A DNA stretch of 64,000 bases from Macrostomum lignano (Eukaryota): contig NIVC01000349.1 of the NCBI GenBank assembly GCA_002269645.1, positions 124,001-188,000 of the forward strand. The letters run 5' to 3'. Below the pieces are notes generated by a model. The model was given only the letters and a program-made list of their open reading frames with translations, made no database searches and was not told where the DNA came from. Made by a program: the position numbers and the translations under genes. Positions 49,901-61,403 of this stretch are shown in pieces. The first letter of the stretch is position 1; each line of letters starts with the position of its first letter.

Positions 49901-52900
49901 CTATCGGGGAATCCAATCTCACTAGATCACACAGTATCATATCTATCGGGGAATCCAATCTCACTAGATCACACAGCAGATATTTATCGGGGAATCCAAT
50001 CTCACTAGATCACACATTAAAATATCTATCGGGGAATCCAATCTCACTAGATCACACAGTATCATATCTATCGGGGAATCCAATCTCACTAGATCACACA
50101 GTAGGATATCTATCGGGGAATCCAATCTCACTAGATCACACAGTAGGATATCTATCGGGGAATCCAATCTCACTAGATCACACAGCAGATATCTATCGGG
50201 GAATCCAATCTCACTAGATCACACAGTAGGATATCTATCGGGGAATCCAATCTCACTAGATCACACAGCAGATATCTATCGGGGACTCCACCAGATCTTG
50301 TCTCACCTGGCATGGGGCTGTGGCGCAATCAGTACATCGTCCTCATTGCTGACTGTGATAACGCAGTGCTGCGGCTTTATGCCAAGACCATTGAGTTGAA
50401 TATCCTGATTCTCGGCGCAACCAATGCAGGTTCGCTCCTTGCAAAATAGATCAGAGAATATGGACAAGCAAAATGTTATTAACTTGACACTGCAAAAGTC
50501 TGCAATCTATGCAAATTAGAAACACCCAGCTCTAGTGCTCTTCGGCTCAAAAATGTCACATGCGCAAATTCTGAATTTTATTTAACACTATTTATATCAG
50601 ATTCTTATTATTAATCAAGTAAGGATTGCAGTGCATTTAATTAACTTGTTGAGATTGCCTAACCCCCTATTACTTTTCAGTATATTGCAGATTACATTAG
50701 CTAATAAGACTAATTAATTAAGTGTACCTCCATTAGGGCAGGTGTTCTTAAAGTCTGTTTTTTTTATAGCAAATCTGATAATAAATTTTACTTGCTGATA
50801 TGTGAGCTCAGATTGAGCATAGGGAGTGCAACGTATGAGTCAGCATTTTTATTTTCTGTTTATGGAGCCTGCTGACATGACATGCCTTACTGTGTCTGCA
50901 GTCTCACCCTCCCTGTCTGCAGTCTCACCCTCCCTGTCTGCAGTCTCACACTACCTGTCTGCAGTCTCACCCTCCCTGTCTGCAGTCTTACCCTCCCTGT
51001 CTGCAGTCTCACCCTCCCTGTCTGCAGTCTCACACTACCTGTCTGCAGTCTAACCCTCCCTGTCTGCAGTCTCACCCTCCCTGTCTGCAGTTTCACTCTC
51101 CCTGTCTGCAGTCTCACCCTCCCTGTCTGCAGTCTTACCCTCCCTGTCAGCAGTCTCACCCTCCCTGTCTGCAGTCTCACCCTCCCTGTCTGCAGTCTTA
51201 CCCTCCCTGTCTGCAGTCTCACCCTCCCTGTCTGCAGTCTCACCCTCCCTGTCTGCAGTCTCACCCTCCCTGCCTGCAGTCTCACCCTCCCTGTCTGCAG
51301 TCTCACCTCCCTTTCTGCAGTCTCACCCTCCCTGCCTGCAGTCTCACCCTCCCTGATTGCAGTCTCACCCTCCCTGATTGCAGTCTCACCCTAGTCTCAC
51401 CCTAGTATCGCTCTAGTCTCACCCTAGTCTCACCCTAGTATCGCTCTAGTCTCACCCTAGTCTCACCCTAGTATCGCTCTAGTCTCACCCTAGTCTCACC
51501 CTAGTATCGCTCTAGTCTCGCCCTAGTCCCACCCTAGTCTCACCCTAATCTCAGCTTATTCTCACCCTAGTCTCACCCTAGTCTCACCCTAGTCTCACAA
51601 TAGTCTCACCCTAGTCTCACAATAGTCTCACCCTAGTCTCACAATAGTCTCAACCTAGTCTCACAATAGTCTCACCCTAGTCTCACCCTAGTCTAACAAT
51701 AGTCTCACCCTAGTCTCACCCTAGTCTAACAATAGTCTCACCCTAGTCTCACCCTAGTATCGCTCTAGTCTCGCCCTAGTCCCACCCTAGTCTCACCCTA
51801 GTCCCACCCTAGTCTCACCCTAATCTCAGCTTATTCTCACCCTAGTCTCACCCTAGTCTCACAATAGTCTCACCCTAGTCTCACAATAGTCTCACCCTAG
51901 TCTCACAATAGTCTCACCCTAGTCTCACAATAGTCTCAACCTAGTCTCACAATAGTCTCACCCTAGTGTAACAATAGTCTCACCCTAGTCTCACCCTAGT
52001 CTAACAATAGTCTCACCCTAGTCTCACCCTAGTATCGCTCTAGTCTCGCCCTAGTCCCACCCTAGTCTCACCCTAGTCCCACCCTAGTCTCACCCTAATC
52101 TCAGCTTATTCTCACCCTAGTCTCACAATAGTCTCACCCTAGTCTCACAATAGTCTCACCCTAGTCTCACAATAGTCTCAACCTAGTCTCACAATAGTCT
52201 CACCCTAGTCTCACAATAGTCTCAACCTAGTCTCACAATAGTCTTACCCTAGTCTCAGCCTAGTCTCACCCTAGTCTCACCTTCAAATAGTACACAAGCA
52301 GCTCATTGAGGCTGGGATCGGCATTGAGGTTGACCAGATAGCACGAGCTCGAGTCCACCCTGATCCCGCTGGCCTGCACTGAGACGCCCATCTTCTCTAG
52401 GGCTTCGTGTCTCTCCTTGTGTCGCCGTTCAGTCTCCAGCAGTTTCTCCTCCCAAGTCTTGGACATCTCCTTCATCAGTTTCTCGCTCTCCTGCAGTTTC
52501 TCAGTCAGCTGCGGAGCGGCCACAGCTTGAGCACTTTCCAGTTGAGCTTTCAAAGTTTCAACTTCCTCTCTGAGCTCTCGAATAATCCTAGCATTGGGAT
52601 CTTCATTCACAACAGCGTGGTTGACGATTCGTTTAGCTCGATCGGCATAGCGCAGAGTAGACAGAGTCTCCTCATAGTTATCCCCAGCCGGACTCAGTGT
52701 GGCAACCATCAAGGTGCGAGAATTACCACCCAGATTGTCTTTGAGCAACCAGGTGAGCACTGAGTCTCTGTAAGGTACAAATTTCTTAGTCTTGGAGTTA
52801 TCAGCCAGAGCTGAGATCACCAAGCCGAGCGTTGTCAGCGACTTGTTGATGTTTGAGCCTTCGCGAAGTCGGTCGCCGACTGCTCCGGTTTTCACGGCTC

Positions 52901-55900
52901 TCTCGCTGCCAGCGAGGTCGACCAGACTCAACTTGCTGACTTTCTCGCCTTGTACATCCAGCTGACAGTCGCTGACGGTCTGTGTCAGGGTGATGTTGAA
53001 CACAGCGTGAGATCTACTGCTCTCGTTGTTCATGTTGGTGGCGGCCACAGTGCGAGACTTGTTGCCCTCGTTCATCAAGCTATCGATGTCCTGTGTGTTG
53101 TTGGTGTTGGTGGTGTATTAGCGGTTATGATTGTTGACCTGTGGCATCTACTTCTATATATACTTCTATATAGCTTCACCATCTCTCTGATCCCATCTCC
53201 TAGATCCCATCTCCCAGATCCCATCTCTCAGATCCCATCTCTCAGATCCCATCTCTCAGATCCCATCTTTCAGATCCTATCTCTCAGATCCCATCTATCA
53301 GATCCCATCTCTCAGATCCCAGCTCTCAGATCCCAGCTCTCAGATCCCAGGTCTCAGATCCCATCTCTTAGATCCCATCTCTCATATCACAACTCCACAT
53401 CACATCTCTCAGATCCCATCTCTGAGATCCAATCTCTCATATTACAACTCCACATCACATCTCTCAGATCCCATCTCTCAGATCCCATCTATCAGATCCC
53501 ATCTCTCATATCTCATCTTTCAGATCTCATCTTTCAGATCCCATCTCTCAGATCCAATCTCTCATATTACAACTCCACATCACATCTCTCAGATCCCATC
53601 TCTCAAATCCTATTTATCAGATGTCATCTTTCAGATCCCATCCCTCAGATCCCATCTATCAGATTCAATCTCTCATATTAAAACTCTCTCAGCTATACAG
53701 ATATACAAAAATATCCAATCCAAAAATGCTACATATAGAGAAAGAAATACATAAAAATACATACACAGCAATACTGATTCAGCTGGTACAAAAAACTCCC
53801 CAACATCCTCAACATACTGAAAGGCGGACGCAAGCGACCAGGAATTCAGGAGCCTAATCCAGAATCGGTTGAGATTATGTAACACATATACAGCAAGTAT
53901 ATAGGAAAAAAAGAAGAAATTGCAAAGCAAAGAGGCTCAAGTTAAGCCCTGACATCTAATCAATGGCTTGACCCTCTATCCGATGCATACATTAGTCCCT
54001 CTGATGTTGAGTTGAGGCTGAGCCAGCCTGAGCTCAAGTTTATTAGAGTAACCAAATCCCCTGTATGCAATTGAAGCAACCAACTACAGATATGCACATT
54101 CATATAGAATTATTAATATTACACTATTATGATTATAATTATTATCAAACTCGATTGAATGTTCAAACACGCTACCGCCCCTCGCTCATTCATATGCAAA
54201 TTTTATGCATATAAGGCTTTTATTACGGTACTTTACTATAATTAATTAATAGTACTATTGTAAACCAGAAATTCAATCAGGGCAATGCTGATAATGAAAT
54301 AGACAGTTAAAAGATGCACTGGAGACCTGGAGTTTAAATGGCCATGGCTTTCTAATCCAGATCTCCGGATAACAGTCCATGATGCGATTTTAATCAAGAA
54401 TCAAGTAACAAAAAAGCGGGACAGGAGGGGGAAGGAAGCGGAGACAGAGTGGGAGATTGAGAGCACAATGGACAGATCTACAAATGGGAAATTGACAATG
54501 GCGATGGCACAGATGGAATACGAGTAGAAAGGCAAAATTTAATCAGTTTAGTCCGCTCTGCCACCAGACCTGGCAGGATTCGAGGAAAGTAATAAAAATA
54601 TATAGACAGAACGGCTAAAGAATATAAAAAATCACAGATGACAGACTGAGGGAGGGGGGCAGCTGGGGACAGAGGCCGTACTGGAGGGACATGAAGATAA
54701 AGAAGCTTGAGGAACGGATGGGTGAGCTTGGGAAAGGACACAGGGCGAGATGGGAAGGACACTCACTCTAAATCTCTCTCCATCTCACTCTCACTCTCTC
54801 ACTCTCATTCTCCATCTCACACTCTGTCCCTCTCACTCTCACTCTCACTCTCTCTCTCTCTCTCCATCCCACTCTCTCTACCCCTCCCACACTCTCTCAC
54901 TCTCACTCACTCTCACACTATCTCACCCTCTCACAATCTCTCCCTCGACCCTCTCACTCTCTCTACCCCTCACTCTCTTTCCCTCTCACTCTCTCCCTCT
55001 TACTCTCTCCATCCCTCTCATTCTCCCTTCGAAAGCAATTGGCAGAATGGCAGAAGAGCTCACAAGGGTAAACAAGTCCAAATCTCACACCACGACCCCT
55101 ATCGTGTTGATTCGGGGCGCGGCTATATCTATGCCTGACAGTATTAGAAAGTCAAAGGACCGATGTACACCCCGTGTGAGCGTGTGTACGAGTGCTGTTC
55201 CTGCGTGTACAAATGGGCCGCTAAAAAAACTGACATAGGAGAACCGGGAAAAGACCAGTTAAAAGACGTTGGTAAATGACACACAACACACTGAACAGAT
55301 ATCACAGAGCCTGCAAGCTAGCATAGCTCACACTACACAACTGATAACTTGGAGCTTTAGCAGGTGCACGCAGCGTGTGTAGAGGAGATAACAAACTCTG
55401 TGTGGAGACAAGACAAGACACTTCAGTAGGCAAGAGTCTTATAAAGTCATGGATTACACCAGAGCCAGAATCTGGAGTTCACACCAGAACACGCACAAAA
55501 CAATTCAACCAACTTTTATTTATGACCCTATCAATCTTGATTGCAATCATTGTTTTCATACTCAAATACCGCGAAGACTTTCATTTAAGCTTTAAAATAA
55601 GAGTTAGGTCCAGGTTCTAGATGTAGGAGTCCATGGACCCAGCCCCCCGGCACAGGATAAGGATTGAGGGTGAAAAAATAGGCAAAGCAAGGATGGAAGG
55701 CTAGAAGAGGATAGCCTTGGGGATAAAAATTAGATTTCTATGCGGGACGACCGCCGCTCCCTTTCTGTGTTCGCTGCATTCGATGGTGGGAAAATTCTTT
55801 CTACAAGCTCTTATAAGCTATTCCCGCCAAAAAAGTCCCAAGAGCCCCCAGCCTCCCCAGCTGCAGCTCGGCTCCCCTTCTAAATCATCCGTGTTAGTTG

Positions 55901-58900
55901 GAGCCCCCGAACTCTTCGTATGCAGTCAAGTTCCACTGCCCGCACGGGCGTCAATTCAATTCTCCGAATCTCTCTATCTCTGCCCGAGCGGTCCTGTCGC
56001 TCACTTCATTCACTTAACTCTCTTTCATTATCCAAGCCACTTACTCATTTTATCGATATTTACTTTTGCATATCACTTCCCTTTGTATGACTGATCTGAG
56101 ATCTGCATGCAAACCTACTCAACTGATCTGAGCTATCTGCATGCAAACCTACTCAACTGATCTGAGCTATCTACATGCAAACCTACTCAACTGATCTGAG
56201 ATCTGCATGCAAACCTACTCAACTGATCTGAGCTATCTGCATGCAAACCTACTCAACTGATCTGAGCTATCTACATGCAAACCTACACAACTGATCTGAG
56301 ATCTGCATGCAAACCTACTCAACTGATCTGAGATCTACATGCAAACCTACTCAACTGATCTGAGATCTACATGCAAACCTACTCAACTGATCTAAGATCT
56401 GCATGCAAACCTACTCAACTGATCTGAGATCTGCATGCAAACCTACTCAACTGATCTGAGATCTACATGCAAACCTACTCAACTGATCTGAGATCTGCAT
56501 GCAAACCTACTCAACTGATCTGAGCTATCTGCATGCAAACCTACTCAATTGATCTGAGATCTGCATGCAAACCTACTCAATTGATCTGAGATCTGCATGC
56601 AAACCTACTCAACTGATCTGAGATCTGCATGCAAACCTACTCAATTGATCTGAGATCTGCATGCAAACCTACTCAACTGATCTGAGATCTGCATGCAAAC
56701 CTACTCAATTGATCTGAGATCTGCATGCAAACCTACTCAATCTGTCCTAAATAAAATCCATTATGGTAGTTAATAAAAGCACTCACCTCAAAAGAGGACA
56801 CAACCAGTTGGGACAATCCATCAACATACGGACCCAAGATATTGTGCTCTCGAACTTTCAAGTACTTCTTCGGTCCGGACAAATCCAGCAGATCGTGCAC
56901 TTTCTCATTGTAGATTTCAATATAGCTGACTTCCACTTTGCAACTGACGGAATCGTCCGTGGCGCCCTGCGATTGAATCCTATTGAACATTGCGTCGCAT
57001 AGTCGGGGAATGATCCCCTTCTGAGTGTCCTGCGATCCCATCATTGTGTAGGATTTCCCCGAACCTGTCTGGCCGTAGGCAAATATGCATCCGTTGTAGC
57101 CTTGGAATGCGCTGTCCAGCACGCATGTGCCAAGGGCTTCGAATACGTCAGCTTGACCTGGCAGCGTGTACGTGCGAAATTGAGTAATTGGAGTGCTAAA
57201 CTGCTCACAATGCGCGATTCCAGCCTCAGTGAAGCTGCTGACTCTTCGTGTATTCAAAACATTTAGCTTCATCAACTAATCCAGATCCTTCAGTGAGTGC
57301 CTCTTCCAGATCCTTCAGTGGGTCCCACTTCCAGATCCTTCAGTGGGTGCCTCTTCCAAATCCTTCAGTGGGTGCCACTTCCAGATCCTTCAGTGGGTCC
57401 CTCTTCCAGATCCTTCAGTGGGTCCCTCTTCCAGATACTTCAGTGGGTCCCTCTTCCAGATCCTTCAGTGGGTCCCTCTTCCAGATCCTTAAGTGGGTCC
57501 CTCTTCCAGATCCTTCAGTGGGTCCCTCTTCCAGATCCTTCAGTGGGTCCCTCTTCCAGATCCTTCAGTGGGTCCCTCTTCCAGATCCTTCAGTGGGTCC
57601 CTCTTCCAGATCCTTCAGTGGGTCTCTCTTCTAGATTTTTCATTTGGTGCTATCAAAAAATTTAACTCAAAAAGCCTCATTTTCTAAACTCTTTAATAAG
57701 CGTCAATTACAATAAGGATTAAAATAATGACACATGACTATAAGCTTAACTTGTTTCAGATTTTCAACAGAAAGACAAATTGACTTACTAGCAAACTGTG
57801 AATCTTCAGGATCCATAGACCAGAAGCAATGATCAAAAGCAAATACTTTAGGCTGCTTTGAGCCACCATCCAAATTGCTAAAAATGTTATAAAATTCAAT
57901 TATAAAGAAAGAAACATCTAATCATATTTAAAAAAGAGATTAACAATTATAACATGACTTACCTATGAGGTGAATGCAAAAATGTTTGATTGTCTTTCAT
58001 CTCCACAATGCATGTTGTCTGTAGCTCCAGCTCTATTGAAAGTAATAACAATTTTAAAAAATAAGTGCCATTATTTTTCAAAGTACAAGATGAATAAATT
58101 ATTGATTTAACCTAAGCTAGGGCTTTATAGCACAAATTGTATCACTAATAATTGAGACAAGAACTGTAGGTGAAGCATTCATTGCATCATTTCGGATTGA
58201 AATCTAAGATTTGACCATTGGTTTTAGGCAAACACCCACCTAATTTTTATTTTATATAATAGAATATTGATTTTATTATATAATATAGTATTATACTATC
58301 AGAGTCAATCTATAATAAGTATAGCTTTAATTGAACCTATGGTATTTCTTTGAAATACCTGCTTATCTTTGACTTCTATATTACTATTTTAAGCTATATT
58401 GCTTTATTTTAAAATGTTTACTAATAGTTAAAAATAAAAAAATCATAGGATATGATTACAAGGACCTAATAATTACTTTCAAAATATTAAGCTTTTATAA
58501 CAACCTACTATATTATTATTTGTTATAGGGCTTACAAAATCCTCTAAATGCCACCAAGTTGTGCTAAGCTTAACGAACTTCTATCTTAATATTTCTAACT
58601 ATTTCCTAGAACTTCATTTGATATATTTCTGGTAACATCTTATGTATGGTTCTAGTAGCATCTTATGTATAGCTCTGGTAGCATTTGGAGTATAGCCTGA
58701 GCAGTCTAATACTGGTATATGTGTTAGTCCAATCAGGCATTACCAGGACTTACATAAGTCATGGGCCATGGCACCTTTCTTAATATGTTTTAGCAAATTT
58801 CTTAGCATTGTTTCTAGCCTTTTTAAATAAATAAGTTGCTTAACTTAAAAGACTTTAGGAGCTTAAAGATTAAACTGCTTTTATTGCTCACAATAGTTAC

Positions 58901-59787
58901 TCATAGATATCTAGACAGTTGGTTTATTTGTTAGAAAACTCATTCCTATATATATCCCAAATTTCCCAATATAATTATAACAAAAATATTTTTCTCATTT
59001 ATTTTGTGCATTAAAACAAATGATTTACCATATTATTATTATAACAACTAGTTGGTACATTCAAAAAACTAATATTTAGCATCTTGCATAGATTTAATTT
59101 CTAAGAAAAGTACAATATTTGAATAGCATGATTACATATAATTATTTTATACATACATTTTAAGCCTTGGAAAAATTATATACATAGAAACTATATTATA
59201 AAGTTAAAATGAGATTTTTTATTTAAACAAAACAAAACTTTATTGACATAGCCAAATTTGGCCAAAAAATACTAAAGAGTTATTTTTTATATTCTATTTT
59301 AGGTCTAGAGTTTTAACTTCTTAAAGAGATCAATATTATAATAAGATGCAGTTAAGTAAAGTAAAGTAGTAAAGTAGATATAAAATAATATAAAAATGTA
59401 TTTAATATATTAAATACCCCATAACAAAACATTGATAGATTAGATTTAGACATTATTATAACATTTAAATAGTAAATAAAACAAAAAACATTATATAAAA
59501 CATAAAATTTTCATACAAACTAAATAAAAAAATCAATAATGAACCACAAATTAAATTAATTTCATAAAAATATTTTTAAGTTACTTTCAAACCATAAGTT
59601 GTGCAACAAGGCTTATAACTATAAGGGCAAGGCTACTTAGAGTTATATTAAAGTTAGGTAAAATAATTGCTTAAGCATAAATACTAACCTACTAAATATA
59701 TATCAGAATAATAAAAACAGTCTGCATACCTCGTTTGTTCATAGGTCGCAGCCGAACAGCGACCTTAACTTTATCTGTCTCTGACAT
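28589..59787 (-). CDS. KIF13: Kinesin-3 family motor with C-terminal CAP-Gly (KIF13A/B, Khc-73-like), spliced, about 1800 aa
   Basis: Exons: 59730-59787, 57963-58032, 57789-57877, 56787-57157, 52281-53090, 50307-50437, 48130-48251, 47924-48046, 40702-41645, 39869-40064, 36520-37307, 33450-33887, 32933-33158, 31759-31818, ~29455-29913, 28589-29170. All are GT-AG and phase-compatible except the exon 14/15 junction. Motifs [40 protein letters not shown]-Gly. Confidence 0.93.
36520..37307 (-). CDS. KIF13: KIF13 exon 11 (DUF3694-like region)
   Basis: [13 protein letters not shown]...[15 protein letters not shown]...[12 protein letters not shown]. Confidence 0.9.
39869..41645 (-). CDS. KIF13: KIF13 exons 9-10 (stalk)
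   Basis: [34 protein letters not shown]..., [17 protein letters not shown]. Confidence 0.9.
41785..43422. repeat. 20-bp minisatellite (gcttacagacactaatacag)
   Basis: About 80 units in intron 8. Confidence 0.95.
45165..45775. repeat. About 61-bp minisatellite (agctccctaccgatatgtatcgaaaactatt...gtacacacgt)
   Basis: About 10 units. Confidence 0.9.
46390..46705. repeat. 12-bp repeat (cagacagatcta)
   Basis: Direct tandem units. Confidence 0.85.
47305..47900. repeat. Two adjacent 30-bp minisatellites
   Basis: ctctgaccctccattccactcctacaccct, then ccctccctgaccatccagtagacagtcaaa. Confidence 0.9.
47924..50437 (-). CDS. KIF13: KIF13 exons 6-8 (FHA domain and following coiled coil)
   Basis: [21 protein letters not shown] | [24 protein letters not shown] | [10 protein letters not shown]; 83-bp intron between exons 7 and 8. 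Confidence 0.9.
48317..50284. repeat. 42-bp minisatellite (gatatctatcggggaatccaatctcactagatcacacagtag)
   Basis: About 46 units filling intron 6. Confidence 0.95.
50895..52280. repeat. 21-bp (cagtctcaccctccctgtctg) and 11-bp (ctagtctcacc) minisatellites
   Basis: The 11-bp array starts exactly at the exon-5 donor. Confidence 0.95.
52281..53090 (-). CDS. KIF13: KIF13 exon 5 (switch I/II, neck)
   Basis: [49 protein letters not shown]. Confidence 0.97.
53185..53690. repeat. 14-bp repeat (ctcagatcccatct)
   Basis: Degenerate tandem units. Confidence 0.8.
56092..56742. repeat. 32/33-bp minisatellite (caactgatctgagatctgcatgcaaacctact)
   Basis: About 20 units. Confidence 0.9.
56787..57157 (-). CDS. 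KIF13: KIF13 exon 4 (P-loop)
   Basis: [24 protein letters not shown]...[17 protein letters not shown]. Confidence 0.97.
57280..57622. repeat. 25-bp minisatellite (ccagatccttcagtgggtccctctt)
   Basis: About 13 units. Confidence 0.9.
57789..58032 (-). CDS. KIF13: KIF13 exons 2-3 (57963-58032; 57789-57877) with an 85-bp intron
   Basis: [10 protein letters not shown]...[11 protein letters not shown]; GTAAGT donors. Confidence 0.9.
59730..59787 (-). CDS. KIF13: KIF13 exon 1 ([19 protein letters not shown])
   Basis: ATG at 59787, donor GTATGC. Confidence 0.9.
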
Positions 59788-61403
59788 TTTAGTTTTCTTT
59801 TATGGTTTATTTATGTACAGTACAAAATAAGATAGAACATTAGGTTTCGCATCCACAAGAGACAGTTACTTTAAAATCTATTTTCGTGCGTCAAAATTCA
59901 AAGAGGTAGTGATTCTTAATTTACTGGCAAAGTCATAGCCTTTAGGTATAGCTTAATTAAAGGCCTAAATTATAGCCAGGGCCAGGACAGTAGGACATTA
60001 AGCAAAAAACTTCTCTAGATCACAATTTTTCACCAAAAGATGTCAAAGCACGCAAACTTAGCTTAAACTTTAAAAATGTAAATAATACAGTAAAGCAGTA
60101 AAGTAAAGGTCGATTCTGTGTCAAAATACCTGAACTACTTAGTGATCAATACTCATCAAGCATGTTAACAAGCTCTATAGAAATTTAGATAAATTAATTA
60201 CGTTAAAAAAGTGCCACGTAAACAATAAAATTTCAACAAATATTCTTGATTTGTCGCGACATTAACAAAGAACAATTTTAAAAAACTTTAAAAAGCACTT
60301 TTTAATATTAGGTACACTTTCCCACTGTGTGCTTTAAATAAAATGAAACCGTTTCGTTCGACTTTGACACGATGGACATCAGATCAAAATAAAATCTATA
60401 TGGCACAAGCATCACAGCTCTATTTAAAACTACTGTTGGGCACTTGGAATTCAGGCTGGTGCCGTATATACAGTACTACCCTATTCGCCGAAATTGCCAT
60501 GGGTACTGTTCCTAAAGATAAAACCAATTATATTTTACCAATAGCTGGCGTATGAAAATGCAACTGCAGCTCAGCCTTTTCTGTCTTGAATTAAGCCGTG
60601 GATACAAAGGACCCCGACAGAATTATTATTTACTAACAGAATCAGCAAGCTGATGGAGAGATGCCACAAGCTAGTTTGTCAGCTGCAGATGGTTAAACGT
60701 ACACGTAACCCGCGAAACTATGAGACTATTTTAACACTACTTACAGGGATATATTATTGTTTAACGACTGGGAACTGAAATCTTGGCTTTGTGCGGCCCC
60801 CACCCGTTTAAATGTTCTCTTGGAGCCTGCATGCAATGCTACGGATCGAGTAAATGCGGTTATTTTACATGTACATGTATGTATCATCCGTATCATCTGA
60901 AACAGCAAACTTTAAAGACACCTTCAATTTCCATGCATACGACTAGTAAAATGTTACCAGTGAGTAAAGCGACTATCCAATTGCACTCGTAATCTATGCA
61001 CAATACACTAAATCAGTGTAAATCTTTATAAAAGGAATTTCGTTGCGTCTTCCCTGGTAGTAGCTTTAATCCGAAATCTGTAACACACGCCTGTGCCAAT
61101 GCTTGTGAGATCAGCCAGCATGAGCGATCCGCAGCGACTAATCGACATGTGCACACGGACGGACTTCATATCTGGCTAACTGACAGCTGCGCCTGTCTCA
61201 AACAAAGCTGAGTATCACAATGCTGCGGCTACAACTGCAGCAGAGCCTCAGCTGAGGCCGCGCCACTCAATCTGGCGAGATTCCACGCCTTTCACACATT
61301 CCAGCAGCAGCTCGAGTGGATAAATGCCGACTCGCAATGTCTGCTCAAATCTGCAACTCAAAGTGGCCGCTCTAATCAGCGACTCCCATTGCCGACTCAG
61401 CAA

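Noticed and set aside
48317-50284. CRISPR-like appearance of the 42-bp, 33-bp and 61-bp arrays
   Set aside because: Units are head-to-tail with no unique spacers, the context is eukaryotic introns, and there are no cas genes.
51390-52280. Telomere-like repeat (TAGGG core)
   Set aside because: The unit is ACTAGGGTGAG rather than TTAGGG, and it derives from the splice donor region.
61389-61403. TTG/GTG/CTG starts used by the ORF track (for example 61389, 2464, 57275, 41622)
   Set aside because: These are bacterial-style start calls; real starts are ATGs or splice acceptors.
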